Positions 10,857 through 20,628 of a stretch of DNA of 64,000 nucleotides are shown here, piece after piece (within the stretch, counting starts at the first letter, position 1; every line of letters starts with the position of its first letter). Under the pieces are notes generated by a model. That model saw only the letters and a program-made list of their open reading frames with translations. It made no database searches and was not told the DNA's origin. Source of the DNA: Chthonomonadales bacterium (GTDB lineage: Bacteria; Armatimonadota; Chthonomonadetes; Chthonomonadales; CAJBBX01). The position numbers and the translations under genes were made by a program. The stretch covers positions 73,529-137,528 of the forward strand of contig JBMFSQ010000003.1 in the NCBI GenBank assembly GCA_049967475.1, in the 5' to 3' direction.

Positions 10857-10935
10857 CAGACGTGTCTCCCGGATGAAGGATCTTGGCCCATGAATTGTTT
10901 CTGTACGAGGCCGGCACCATTCCTGCTGCCGGCAG

Positions 10936-12600
10936 TCATCTTTGCCTTAGGCGGATGCGCCGATCCACCGCACCACAAGGGTAGGTTTCCCACTTACCGT
11001 TTGGCCACCGCACCCGTACCCACGGTACGCGTTTGGTGGTACCCAAGCCGAAATGGAGCCACGGCGACGAGCTCGAAAGGTAACTCGATGCGGGTGACAG
11101 ATCTTGCAACCAAAGATCGGACCCAACCCGGAACATGACGCGGGCGCCATAGGCAAGCCAGTCTGGCGGCCGGCCCTGCAGTTCCACTTCCAGCCAATGG
11201 CCGGCACCGGCCGTTCTATTCTGCAAGAGCAACGGCCCGCCGTCGTCATCCACTACCAGCGCATCCACGCGGCCGTCGTTATCGAAATCCCCTGTTGCCG
11301 AACCGCGGCCCAGGATCATGCGCTGGAATGGCGGCCCAGCCGTTCGTGTAACTTCCTCGAAGCTATGGCCCCTGCGGTTCATAAAGAGCTGCAACGGTTC
11401 CAGGTAAGAGGTCTGCGGGTCTATTCGGCTCGCCGTGTCGTAAACGCTCCCGTTGGCGAAAAGAAGATCGGGCCACCCGTCATTGTCCACGTCTAGGAAC
11501 TTGGTTCCGAAGCTCAGCATGAGCAGTGTGGGATCTGCAAGACCGACGATTGGGCTCACATTGTCGAAATAGGGGCCTTGGTTGCGGTAGAGCGACACCG
11601 GCTCGTGAGAGAACTTCGCTGCGACCAGATCCAGCCTGCCGTCACGATTGTAGTCTGCCCAATCGGCGCCCATGGCAGCTTGCGCCTGCTGGTAAACGCC
11701 AAGGGCTACTCCCTCAGAGAGCGCTTCGTTGCGAAAGTGCATCCCTCCCATGTTGTGGAAGAGGTCTGCGGGCATACCGTCGTTCCCCAGGTAGAAGTCT
11801 ATGCGGCCGTCGTTATCATAATCTGCGTAGGCCACTACGAGGCACTTTCCCCCCATATGTCCGGCAAGACCGGATGCAGCGGTCACGTCTGTGAACGTTC
11901 CGTTGCGGTTGTTGTGGTATAGGTGGGAATATTGCGGCGCATAAGTTTGCGGGGGGCATCCACTGAGGACGCCGCCTCCCAAATTGCAGTAGTGCGGCGT
12001 CTTGTCGTTATACACAACATAGTTGCCTACGAAGAGATCTTGATAGCCGTCGCCGTCAAGATCCATGAACCCCGCGCTGCTGCACCAGCCGTTGGGCTTG
12101 AGGCGGGCTGAGCGGGTAGTGTCTGTGAACTCGAGATCCCCACTCCCGTGCAGAAGTGCGATGCAGTTGTAGCCGGTGAGCAGCAGGTCCTCGCGGCCGT
12201 CTGCATCGTAATCGCCGATGGCACAGCCCTTCCATGCTCCTCGAATGCGCGCCAATCCGCATCGGGCTGACACGTCTTCATACTGTCCCGCGCCTTTATT
12301 GAGGAAGAGTGCGGAAGTTGGTTCCCCCACCAGGAGTATGTCCAGCAAGCCGTCGCGGTTCAGATCCAAGAAGGCGCATCCATGACCGAATGCATCCAGT
12401 GCGGTGACGGGCGATATGTGCTTCGGCCCCCAGCGGAAGCGGATGCCGGACTGCTGTGCGACGTCGGCGAACCATGGGCCTTCGTGATGGGCGGCCGGCG
12501 CATCGTGAGAGGGCGCACGGTGCTTGCATCCTGCGCTGCATCCCCACACGAGGACCAGAGCCGACGGCAGGAGGACACGGTTGAGGCAGCGTATACCCAC
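10936..12600 (-). CDS. CRTAC1-family (FG-GAP + ASPIC/UnbV) lipoprotein
   Basis: Lipobox LVWGC; DxDxDGxxD repeats; GRGSATGDFDNDG; LHFGLG. Confidence 0.9.
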   Translation of the reverse strand: MGIRCLNRVLLPSALVLVWGCSAGCKHRAPSHDAPAAHHEGPWFADVAQQSGIRFRWGPKHISPVTALDAFGHGCAFLDLNRDGLLDILLVGEPTSALFLNKGAGQYEDVSARCGLARIRGAWKGCAIGDYDADGREDLLLTGYNCIALLHGSGDLEFTDTTRSARLKPNGWCSSAGFMDLDGDGYQDLFVGNYVVYNDKTPHYCNLGGGVLSGCPPQTYAPQYSHLYHNNRNGTFTDVTAASGLAGHMGGKCLVVAYADYDNDGRIDFYLGNDGMPADLFHNMGGMHFRNEALSEGVALGVYQQAQAAMGADWADYNRDGRLDLVAAKFSHEPVSLYRNQGPYFDNVSPIVGLADPTLLMLSFGTKFLDVDNDGWPDLLFANGSVYDTASRIDPQTSYLEPLQLFMNRRGHSFEEVTRTAGPPFQRMILGRGSATGDFDNDGRVDALVVDDDGGPLLLQNRTAGAGHWLEVELQGRPPDWLAYGARVMFRVGSDLWLQDLSPASSYLSSSSPWLHFGLGTTKRVPWVRVRWPNGKWETYPCGAVDRRIRLRQR

Positions 12601-12788
12601 GTAAGGTGCTGGATAGGCAGTTCGTTGAGGATGCCTTCAAACCGACGCCGGCAGCCGGAACTGAGCGCGCGCATCCTCCGACTGAAGACGCTTTAAACTT
12701 CGCATCTGGAGCGGAAAACTCCTTCCCAGGATTAAGGATCGGGCGCCAAGGGCGTGTCCACAGAGCCTGGGAAGGAACGGGTGCGCAA

Positions 12789-13709
12789 CTACGCCGCAGG
12801 AGCTATGTCCACGAGCGTGCGGGCGGACTCGAACTGGGATTGCAACTCTCCGATCATCCATTCCATGTCTTCGTCCGTAAAGGCGAGCCATTCGGACACA
12901 GCTTCCGACAGCCGCGGCGCGGCCAGGTGTTCGCTGCTGGCGAAGCCCGAGTGCCAGGCAAAGTAATCCGCTGCGTGCACTGTGGCTGCGCTTGGGAAGA
13001 ACTCATGCTCGGGGTTCGGCGCCTCCCACATGCTGGTGGAGGCCACGAGGATTGGAGGAAAGTTCCACGTTTCGGAGATGCGCGCCGCAATCGTCGTATG
13101 GTCTATGCCCAGCACCTCCCGTTCGGCCTGCAGCATGGTGATCTCATTGCGCGCTGCATGGGCCAGGGTGAGTGTGTACTGGGCGGGAAAATAGCAATCC
13201 AGAAACAGTTCGCCGATATCATGGAGGAGGCCGCCGAGGAACGCCTGTTCCATGAGGGTACGGTTGCGGGGCTGCTTCTGCCGTGCCACGATGCCCGAGC
13301 CGACAGCCGCCGCCACCGAATGTTCCCAGAACATACGCCGATTGAGGCCTGGGATGCCTCCTTTGCGCGTGAGAATACCGAAAGCAGATACCCCAAGGAC
13401 GAGGTTCCGCACGGTATTGAAGCCGAGGATCACGATGGCGTGGGTGATGGTTCCGATGCGCTTCGGGAAGCCGTAATAGGCCGAATTGACGATGCGAAGC
13501 ATCTTGGACGAGAGCGCTTGGTCCAGAGAGATCAAGCGGTTGAGCTCCTCGGCCCCGCTGTTGGGGTTATTGACGGTTTGCATGATGCGGGTGACGACTG
13601 CGGGAAGCGGCGGAAGATCCGCCAGCTTCTTCTCCAGCATCTGCTGGAAGAGTTCCTGATCAATGCGGATGGGTGTGCTGTCGGCTGGCATAGGCTCGCT
13701 CTCGAGCAA
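12789..13709 (-). CDS. Stand-alone HDOD domain protein
   Basis: LPPLP, DQALSSKMLRIVNSAYYG, FWEHS, GLLHDIG, WNFP. Confidence 0.92.
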   Translation of the reverse strand: MLESEPMPADSTPIRIDQELFQQMLEKKLADLPPLPAVVTRIMQTVNNPNSGAEELNRLISLDQALSSKMLRIVNSAYYGFPKRIGTITHAIVILGFNTVRNLVLGVSAFGILTRKGGIPGLNRRMFWEHSVAAAVGSGIVARQKQPRNRTLMEQAFLGGLLHDIGELFLDCYFPAQYTLTLAHAARNEITMLQAEREVLGIDHTTIAARISETWNFPPILVASTSMWEAPNPEHEFFPSAATVHAADYFAWHSGFASSEHLAAPRLSEAVSEWLAFTDEDMEWMIGELQSQFESARTLVDIAPAA

Positions 13710-13880
13710 GGTAGATGCGGCAACGAGCGTACTCGCGCTTAGGCGACACTAGTATTATGGAACCGGGCGGGGAGATCCTTTAGGCGTAAACCCAGGTTTG
13801 CCGCAACGGATGGCTCAACGGTGCCGGATCCGCGCGGCTAAAGGAAAGGCCGCTGAGGTTGAAGGGCGTGTTGAGAAGAC

Positions 13881-13912
13881 GTGCCGGGCGGAGCCCGCCT
13901 GTCGCCCGGCAC
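13881..13912 (-). terminator. GC-rich hairpin downstream of the KH-domain gene
   Basis: Perfect 10-bp inverted repeat GTGCCGGGCG/CGCCCGGCAC; U-tract is weak. Confidence 0.45.
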
Positions 13913-13923
13913 AGAACTTTGCG

Positions 13924-14178
13924 CTATTCGGCCGCGGTTTCTGCGGGCATCCCTACCACTTCGAGGTATACTTTGCGCTTCTCTTTCATCGCGCTTGCCT
14001 TGGCCAGCACACGCATGGCGTTGGCGATGCGGCCTTGCTTCCCAATTGCCTTACCGAGGTCTTCCGGGGCCACGTGCACACGGTAGGTGGTGGCGTTTTC
14101 GCCCGGTTCCTCTTCTACGCGGACCTGTTCGGGAAGGTCCACTACAGCTTGGACGAGTTGTTCGATAAACGCCTTCAT
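13924..14178 (-). CDS. khpA: KH-domain RNA-binding protein (KhpA/YlqC family)
   Basis: MKAFIEQLVQAVVDLPEQV...VAPEDLGKAIGKQGRIANAMR with GxxG loop. Confidence 0.85.
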   Translation of the reverse strand: MKAFIEQLVQAVVDLPEQVRVEEEPGENATTYRVHVAPEDLGKAIGKQGRIANAMRVLAKASAMKEKRKVYLEVVGMPAETAAE

Positions 14179-14426
14179 CAGGTTCCTCGCTTTCCACGAA
14201 CCTCCATCCAGGATCAGCGATCCGGCCACGGCCACGTCGGCGGGGCCATTCCGGAGTTCTCGGTGTTTGGCGGCAGGTACCCGCCAGCATCCGCTAAGCT
14301 TAATAGCGGTTAATGCCGATGGAAGGTTCCTTCGCCTTCAGATTGCGAAATTCCTGCTTATCGGCAAATCGCGCTCTTGGGATTGCTTGCGGTGCCTTCC
14401 CGTGGGCAATCCGCGCGCACTGCCCG

Positions 14427-14633
14427 TCATGGTGCCGGGACTACGTTGGCGGCTTGCCTCCCCTTAGGCGTTTCCACGGGTTCGTACAGCACATCCTGCC
14501 CTTCGCGGAGGGACTTGAAGCCCTCCATCATGATGGCGCTGTAGTGAACAAAGACGTCTACGCCATCATCGCTTTGAATAAAGCCATACCCTTTGGCGTC
14601 GTTGAACCATTTGACTTTTCCTTTGATGGCCAC
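14427..14633 (-). CDS. Cold-shock protein (CspA family)
   Basis: [25 protein letters not shown]; GTG start at 14633. Confidence 0.95.
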   Translation of the reverse strand: MAIKGKVKWFNDAKGYGFIQSDDGVDVFVHYSAIMMEGFKSLREGQDVLYEPVETPKGRQAANVVPAP

Positions 14634-14766
14634 TTCTGCAAAACCTTTCTGCAGGAATAATCGCGGAAGGGTGCGCGTGCGGGGGCATGCGATCCCTCCA
14701 TTGAATGCACCCTGCAGAATGTGTGCCATTGTGTCGGTTACGCCAGGAAACCGGTACAATCACGGT

Positions 14767-16029
14767 TCATGATCCATCCGAGGCGTTGGCGAGAGCCTTC
14801 AGGCGTGCATCCAAAGCGGCCTGATCTACGGCGAAGGATTGGAGGGCGGATTGCGTCATCAGGTCATCCAGGGCGATTTGGGGCTGCGCGTTCCAGCGGC
14901 CCAGATCGGGGATCTTTCCGTGCCGGCGGATCACCTCCGCTTCTTCGGATGTGAACCGATGGAACAGATGGGTACCGTGGTCTTCGTCTGCTTGGCGGAT
15001 ATCGGCGCCGGTGAGCTTGGTGGGGGTATGACGGGCCAGGTCATCGGCCAGAGCGCGGACGCGGTCATCCACCTCCCACAGCACGGCGACCTTGGCGGCT
15101 GCATCGGGATTCAGGTGCACGGGGAGATCCGCGCCGACGTTGGATGTGAGGCGGGCAGGGTCGGGGCCGGCATCCAGAAATCCTTTGGCGACTTTGACCG
15201 GCATGGTATGCACATCTACTCCAGCAAGGGTAGCAACCTGGGAGGCCTCACGCATGGATGCGGCGATCTGCCGCGAAGCGCACTTGCCTTCGCTTCTGAG
15301 CTGGGCCACGGCTGCCTGAGAAGCCAGCGTCGCCCGTTCCCCCACGTTCCGGCCATCGCCTAAGCCGTTGTCGGCCACCACATTGTTGAGGCGGCCTAGA
15401 AACACGTTCACAAAGGCAGGGTTCGCTATTCGGGCAGCCACGTAATTCTGCCGTGCAGAGAAGCCCAGCGTGAAGTTGATTGGAATGGATTGGGCCGATG
15501 CCCTTGCTACGGCGCATATCCCTTCCGGGGTGAGCGGGATCTTGACGATGAAGCGTTCTGGGCAGACCGCATAGTATCGCTGAGCGAAAAAGACCGTGCG
15601 ATCGAGATCTTCGGCGACGGATGGGTGGAGCTCCACACTCACGCGGGCGCCCATGGCGGCAACGAGGCGAAGGGCTATGTGGCAATTCACAATGAAGCCC
15701 AGCTCCATGATGCGTTCTGCCTCCGGCAGGTTTGTGCCGAGGGAATTGAGCCGGCGGGCTGCCTGGCGCACAAGGTCGTCCATCACTCCGGTTTGCACTA
15801 CCTGGTTGGCTAGAGTGTTGTTGGTAGTGAGAGCGGTGAATTCCTGATGCCAAAGCGGCTGGGCTTCTTCCAAGAGGCCCGTGTCCAGCCATAACTCGGT
15901 TCCCAACTCGCGCAGTCTGGCAAGGGCAGGGTGGCTTGGGAATTGCTTGCCCGTTCCTTGAGTTATTGCATTGCGGGCTGCTTCCCTAAGTGTGGCGTCT
16001 ATTTCTGCCTGAACCGATGCAATCCTCAC
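14767..16029 (-). CDS. Transaldolase family protein (long form)
   Basis: LWLDTG, TTNN, VSVELHP, IVKIPLT (Schiff-base Lys), NFTLGFS, FLGRL; AAGGAG before GTG 16029. Confidence 0.85.
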   Translation of the reverse strand: MRIASVQAEIDATLREAARNAITQGTGKQFPSHPALARLRELGTELWLDTGLLEEAQPLWHQEFTALTTNNTLANQVVQTGVMDDLVRQAARRLNSLGTNLPEAERIMELGFIVNCHIALRLVAAMGARVSVELHPSVAEDLDRTVFFAQRYYAVCPERFIVKIPLTPEGICAVARASAQSIPINFTLGFSARQNYVAARIANPAFVNVFLGRLNNVVADNGLGDGRNVGERATLASQAAVAQLRSEGKCASRQIAASMREASQVATLAGVDVHTMPVKVAKGFLDAGPDPARLTSNVGADLPVHLNPDAAAKVAVLWEVDDRVRALADDLARHTPTKLTGADIRQADEDHGTHLFHRFTSEEAEVIRRHGKIPDLGRWNAQPQIALDDLMTQSALQSFAVDQAALDARLKALANASDGS

Positions 16030-16077
16030 GTGTTCTCTCCTTTGCAAGGTTTGTTGGGCAGCGGCGACTGCCTGTGG

Positions 16078-16617
16078 TTACTGAATGCCGTACCACTCGC
16101 GGATCCGTGCGCTCAATCCCATGGCGAAAACGCCTGCGCTGGCTGCCAAGGCCGGCAGGCGCAGTGGGCCGGCAATTCCCAAACCGAGTAGAGCAGCTAG
16201 GCCCAACAATGCTGCGACGATCATGGTGGCCCACCAACCTCCGGATCGCTGAGACCATGCCCAAAACGCTGCGACGATCAACCCAATCGCTATGGGAGCC
16301 ATCAACACTGCCCACAGTGCAGTGCTTACTGCGCCGAAGGCGTGCCCGATGTAGTTGGTGTGATCTTGGCTCAATGCCGGCTGGGCGCGAAAACTCCCCA
16401 TCAGTGTGGCGACAGGACCCAGCACCAGGACCATAAAATCGAAGAGCACGAACCCCAGGACGGCTGGGGGGCGCGTGCGCAGCCGCTCGAGCTGTGCGAT
16501 GCGCTGATGGTTCACTTCCAGGGTTGTGGCCCCAGCGTAGGCTGTTAGGGGCGCCGCGCAAACCGTGCAAATGGCGGCCCCGTCGGGGTTATTGGTGTCA
16601 CATTGCGGGCAACGCAA
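16078..16617 (-). CDS. Zinc-ribbon membrane protein
   Basis: CPQCDTNNPDGAAICTVC followed by about four TM helices. Confidence 0.75.
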   Translation of the reverse strand: MRCPQCDTNNPDGAAICTVCAAPLTAYAGATTLEVNHQRIAQLERLRTRPPAVLGFVLFDFMVLVLGPVATLMGSFRAQPALSQDHTNYIGHAFGAVSTALWAVLMAPIAIGLIVAAFWAWSQRSGGWWATMIVAALLGLAALLGLGIAGPLRLPALAASAGVFAMGLSARIREWYGIQ

Positions 16618-16658
16618 ACAGGCGTCCTCTCAGCAGGATACTTGGGCAACGGGTGGGA

Positions 16659-17456
16659 TCAGGCTTTCTCTCCAAGGTTCCTCTTCATCTCCATGAACGG
16701 AGTCAGCAAGTCAATGGGTACAGGCAGGATCGTCATTGTGGATCGCTCCGATGCGATTTCCCGCATGGATTGAAGGAAGCGAAGTTGTAGAGCCGCCGGT
16801 TGCGTCGCAATCAGAGCGGCTGCCTGAGTGAGCTTCTCGGCCGCCTCGAACTCGCCTTGCGCATTGATTACCTTGGCGCGCCGCTCCCGTTCGCTCTCCG
16901 CTTGGGCGGCCATCGCCCGCTTCATGCTTTCGGGGAGTGCCACGTCCCGCATCTCCACCCCGGTGACCTTTACGCCATAGGGTTCGGTCTGCTCATCTAT
17001 TACGGTCTGCAGCTTCTGGTTGATGCGGTCGCGTTGCGCAAGCAATTCGTCAAGCTCGGCCTGCCCGATGGTACTGCGGAGCGTCGTCTGGGCGATGAGC
17101 GATGTCGTCCGGATATAGTTTTCGATGCGCAGGATGGCTCCTTTGGGATCCACCACCTTGAAAAGGACGATGGCGTCCACGGTTACGGGCACGTTATCCC
17201 GCGTCATCATTTCTTGGCGGGGCACATCCATGGTTACGATGCGCGTGTCTACACGAATGGCGCGGTCGAGGTAGGGCCACAAGATAATGACGCCGGGGCC
17301 GGCGACGTGGTGAAACTTGCCCAGGCGCAGCACCACGGCTCGTTCCCAATCGGGGAGGACTTTGATGGCGGCCGGGAGTATCACCAGCGCCAAAACAATG
17401 AGGATCGCCAGCGGTACACCAATGAACTGCGTTACCAGATCGAACAGCTCTTTCAT
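16659..17456 (-). CDS. SPFH/band-7 (slipin/stomatin) protein
   Basis: ERAVVLRLGK, TRDNVPVTVDA, AQTTLRS, QAESERERRAKVI, ALQLRFLQ. Confidence 0.95.
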   Translation of the reverse strand: MKELFDLVTQFIGVPLAILIVLALVILPAAIKVLPDWERAVVLRLGKFHHVAGPGVIILWPYLDRAIRVDTRIVTMDVPRQEMMTRDNVPVTVDAIVLFKVVDPKGAILRIENYIRTTSLIAQTTLRSTIGQAELDELLAQRDRINQKLQTVIDEQTEPYGVKVTGVEMRDVALPESMKRAMAAQAESERERRAKVINAQGEFEAAEKLTQAAALIATQPAALQLRFLQSMREIASERSTMTILPVPIDLLTPFMEMKRNLGEKA

Positions 17457-17523
17457 CGCGAAGATCTCCATTCTTCTGCAATCGCCTGCCGACCGCTACA
17501 ACCGGGCTTCCCAGACGGATGCC

Positions 17524-18945
17524 TCATTGTTGTGGGAGTTCCTGTTGAGCATATACGGGCTCGGGTTCCAACGCTTCGGCCCGCTCCACACGAAGGGTGA
17601 GGCCGTCCCGTCCAACCACCCGAACGGTATCACCCGAACGCACGGGCTCAGCCCCGGCATTCACAGCTCTCCAAAAAGCGCCGTCGCAAAACACCATGCC
17701 ATGAGGATCCAGGTTCGTGCGTGCGATGCCGGTCTGACCGATGAGGGTCTCGGGTCCGCTTCCCGGCGGCCTCCGGCGCGCGCGGACTAGCGCCGCCAGC
17801 ACGGTGCCGAAGAAAAGCGCTGTCACCAGCGCCAAACTGATGACTACGACCAACGACACTTGCACGCCGGTCTGTGCATCGTTGAAGATCATCAGTGCGC
17901 CTACGATGAAGGAAGCGATGCCGCCCACCGTCAATACGCCATGGGTGGGAGCGTAGAGATCCAGGCCGAACAGGAAGAATGCCAAGAGGATCAATGCCAA
18001 CCCCGCTGCATTGACGGAAAGCACCGACATGGCGTAGAGGGAGAGGATCAATGCAATGGATCCGGCGACACCCGGCACGATGGCTCCCGGATGCTGGATT
18101 TCGGCGATGATGCCGTATAAGGCGACCGCTCCGAGGATCAGAGCGACATTGGGGTTGAGGAGGATCATGAGTAGGGATTGGATCCAGGAAGGCTCTTCAA
18201 CTTCCTCGGCTGCCCCGGTTGTGCGAAGTGTCACCTGGCCGGCGGCCGTGTCCACGCGGCGGCCGTTAATGGCCTGCAGAAGCGCCGCCTGGCTCGGTGC
18301 TATGAGATCGGCGATATGTTGCGTGACGGCTTCGGATGCCGAAAGCGATATGGAGTTGCGAACGAACTGTTCGGCGATCTTGGCACTCTTGTGCCGCCTA
18401 TCCGCCAAGGCCCGGCTAAAGGCAGCCATATCGTTGACCATCTTTGCCTTCATATCGCCGGGAATGTCGCCGCCTGTCATCAACACAGGGTGCGCTGCTC
18501 CGATATTGGTTGCCGGAGCCATGGCAAGAATATTGGCGGCCAAAGCAACGATGGCCCCTGCGGAGGCTGCCTGGGCACCATCCGGTGCGACATAGACCAC
18601 GACGGGAACGCGCGCATTGAGAAAAAGCTGAGCGATGCCCCGCATGGCCTCCGCCTGGCCGCCGGGGGTGTTCATCCGCACCAGCAGACACTGCGCCCCG
18701 GCATCCTCGGCATGCTTCAGAGCATGGGCGATGTAATCACGTGTGGGCGGCATGATGAGGCCGTCAATGGTCGCTCCAACTATCAGGGGGCGTACGCCTT
18801 GGGCTAATGCCTGGCCGAGGGCTGCCTGTTCCGCCGGGCATAGGGTCATTCCGGCACACAGAAGCACCGTCGTGAGCCCACTCGCGCGGGCGCAGAAGCC
18901 GAACCTATGCCTGTTCGTGCGGTGAACAGATGGTGCATGGTTCAT
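17524..18945 (-). CDS. nfeD: NfeD membrane-bound ClpP-class serine protease
   Basis: NTPGG, AASAG, TNIGAAHPV and C-terminal OB fold; canonical pairing with an SPFH gene. Confidence 0.92.
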   Translation of the reverse strand: MNHAPSVHRTNRHRFGFCARASGLTTVLLCAGMTLCPAEQAALGQALAQGVRPLIVGATIDGLIMPPTRDYIAHALKHAEDAGAQCLLVRMNTPGGQAEAMRGIAQLFLNARVPVVVYVAPDGAQAASAGAIVALAANILAMAPATNIGAAHPVLMTGGDIPGDMKAKMVNDMAAFSRALADRRHKSAKIAEQFVRNSISLSASEAVTQHIADLIAPSQAALLQAINGRRVDTAAGQVTLRTTGAAEEVEEPSWIQSLLMILLNPNVALILGAVALYGIIAEIQHPGAIVPGVAGSIALILSLYAMSVLSVNAAGLALILLAFFLFGLDLYAPTHGVLTVGGIASFIVGALMIFNDAQTGVQVSLVVVISLALVTALFFGTVLAALVRARRRPPGSGPETLIGQTGIARTNLDPHGMVFCDGAFWRAVNAGAEPVRSGDTVRVVGRDGLTLRVERAEALEPEPVYAQQELPQQ

Positions 18946-18968
18946 CGCCTTCCCTCTCTTCCTGTAGC

Positions 18969-18997
18969 ATTATGCGCCTTCCTGGCTCTACTGTCAA
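18969..18997 (-). promoter_or_regulatory. Sigma70-type promoter for nfeD-SPFH
   Basis: TTGACA-17 nt-CATAAT on the minus strand. Confidence 0.65.
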
Positions 18998-19003
18998 CAA
19001 GGG

Positions 19004-19642
19004 TTATTTGCGCAGAAGCCCCATGTTCACCAACGATTGCCGGAAGCCGTCTACCCACAAGTCCACGGCCTCGTACAACGCCCAAAGGATTGCGCCAAAT
19101 ACGGCTACTGCCGTGACGACGGTACGATTGAAAAGGGCGTCGTCTATTGCCTCCCATACGATGGCCGGGTGCGTGAAGGCATCCCAGGAATTGACGCGTT
19201 CGATCAAACCCATATATACGCCGAGGGAAATGAGAAAGAAGAACCCAGGGGCGAAAAGAAAAAAACGTCCCCCTGCTGCACGGAGCATCCGTTCCACCGG
19301 GCGGATGGCCAGCACGAACATGAGCATCCCGGCTCCGCTGTAGCCCAAAAAGAGCAGTGCGGACTTGGCTGTGGCCAGCATTGCCGCATGGTCTTGGCCT
19401 CTGCTGTTCTCAACAGACAGCATCCACTTGGGATCGAACAGAAGATGCCGCCACTCGGTAAGCAGGTAACAACTGTTTGGGAGGAACAGGAACCAGACAA
19501 CACCCAGCGCCAGTCCGAATGGAGCAGGGAGGCGCCGCTTCTTGGAGCCAGGATACCATCCCCATGCCAGAAGATGTGCGAGGGCCACCGGTATGAACGC
19601 CAGAAACAGGTTCCAGCCCGCCCACTTCAGAGCATTGGTCAA
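19004..19642 (-). CDS. DUF1361-like membrane protein
   Basis: WNLFLAFIP, WFLFLPNSCYLLTE..H, GVYMG...R.NSWD. Confidence 0.8.
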   Translation of the reverse strand: MTNALKWAGWNLFLAFIPVALAHLLAWGWYPGSKKRRLPAPFGLALGVVWFLFLPNSCYLLTEWRHLLFDPKWMLSVENSRGQDHAAMLATAKSALLFLGYSGAGMLMFVLAIRPVERMLRAAGGRFFLFAPGFFFLISLGVYMGLIERVNSWDAFTHPAIVWEAIDDALFNRTVVTAVAVFGAILWALYEAVDLWVDGFRQSLVNMGLLRK

Positions 19643-19838
19643 CGTGTAGCTCCTTTCCCCGGCGGCAAACCGGGTATCCTGTATCTACCGGCTTTCTGAG
19701 GGTGGTTGATCCCATAGAAGCCGGCCGTCCGGCGAGGATCCGCAAATCCGCCGCATGCTTAGACGCATCGGATGCAGGCGATGGTTCCCCGCAGGAACGC
19801 GCAATCCCTTCGATACACGCTTCGTGGAGGACACAAGA

Positions 19839-20627
19839 GTGAGCGAGCCCATTCTCAGCGGCCGACGCATTCTGGTTTGCGGAGCTCGGAACAAGTGGTC
19901 TATTGCCTGGCACTGCGCGCTGGCCCTCATGAGGGAGGGAGCCCGCACCGCATTCTCGGTGTACAGCGAACGGGAACGCGATGATGTGCGGAAGCTTCTG
20001 GAGGCTGAGGGTGCCGCCGACGCTCCCATCTACGTTTGCGACGCCACGAAGGATGAGGAAGTGTGTCGCATGTTCGAGGACGTTTCGGATGCCTTTGGCG
20101 GGCAATTAGACGGATTGGTACACGCCATCGCATTCGCCAAGCGCGAGGAACTTCAGGGAGAGTATATCAATACATCTCAAGAAGGTTTCTCAATTGCCAT
20201 GACCAGCAGCGTCTATACGCTGGTCTCTCTGGCGCGGGGGGCGCGGGAACTCATGAAGGCTGCCGGCGGCGGATGCATCGTCACGCTCACGTATCTAGGG
20301 AGTGAGAAGGTGGTTCCCGGCTACAACGTGATGGGGGTGGCAAAGGCAGCCCTCGAGGCCAGCGTTCGCTACCTGGCAGCCGACGTTGGCGGCGAGAATA
20401 TCCGCGTCAATGCGGTGTCTGCGGGACCCATCAAGACGCTCGCAGCCAGCGGCATCGCCGGGCTCTCTTCTATGCTGAAGCATGTAGCGGAGCACGCTCC
20501 ATTGAAGCGCGGCGTGTCTGCGGACGAGGTTGCCGATGCGGTTACCTTCCTCATGAGCCCCTTGGCCCGCGGTATCACCGGAGAGGTGCTGTACGTGGAT
20601 GCCGGGTACCATATCATGGGGATGTAA
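19839..20627 (+). CDS. fabI: Enoyl-ACP reductase FabI
   Basis: NKWSIAW, HAIAFA, YNVMGVAKAALE, RVNAVSAGPIKTLA; GGAGG before GTG 19839. Confidence 0.95.
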   Translation: MSEPILSGRRILVCGARNKWSIAWHCALALMREGARTAFSVYSERERDDVRKLLEAEGAADAPIYVCDATKDEEVCRMFEDVSDAFGGQLDGLVHAIAFAKREELQGEYINTSQEGFSIAMTSSVYTLVSLARGARELMKAAGGGCIVTLTYLGSEKVVPGYNVMGVAKAALEASVRYLAADVGGENIRVNAVSAGPIKTLAASGIAGLSSMLKHVAEHAPLKRGVSADEVADAVTFLMSPLARGITGEVLYVDAGYHIMGM

Positions 20628-20628
20628 C

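Noticed and set aside
12720-12776. 11-bp inverted repeat TCCTTCCCAGG/CCTGGGAAGGA downstream of the HDOD gene
   Set aside because: Single copy with a long loop and no U-tract or target duplication; cannot be called a MITE or a terminator.
12606-13742. 378-aa plus-strand ORF
   Set aside because: Antisense to the well-supported HDOD gene.
14338-14430. 30-codon minus-strand ORF overlapping the csp stop (ATGA)
   Set aside because: No SD and no motif, so there is no support for translation.
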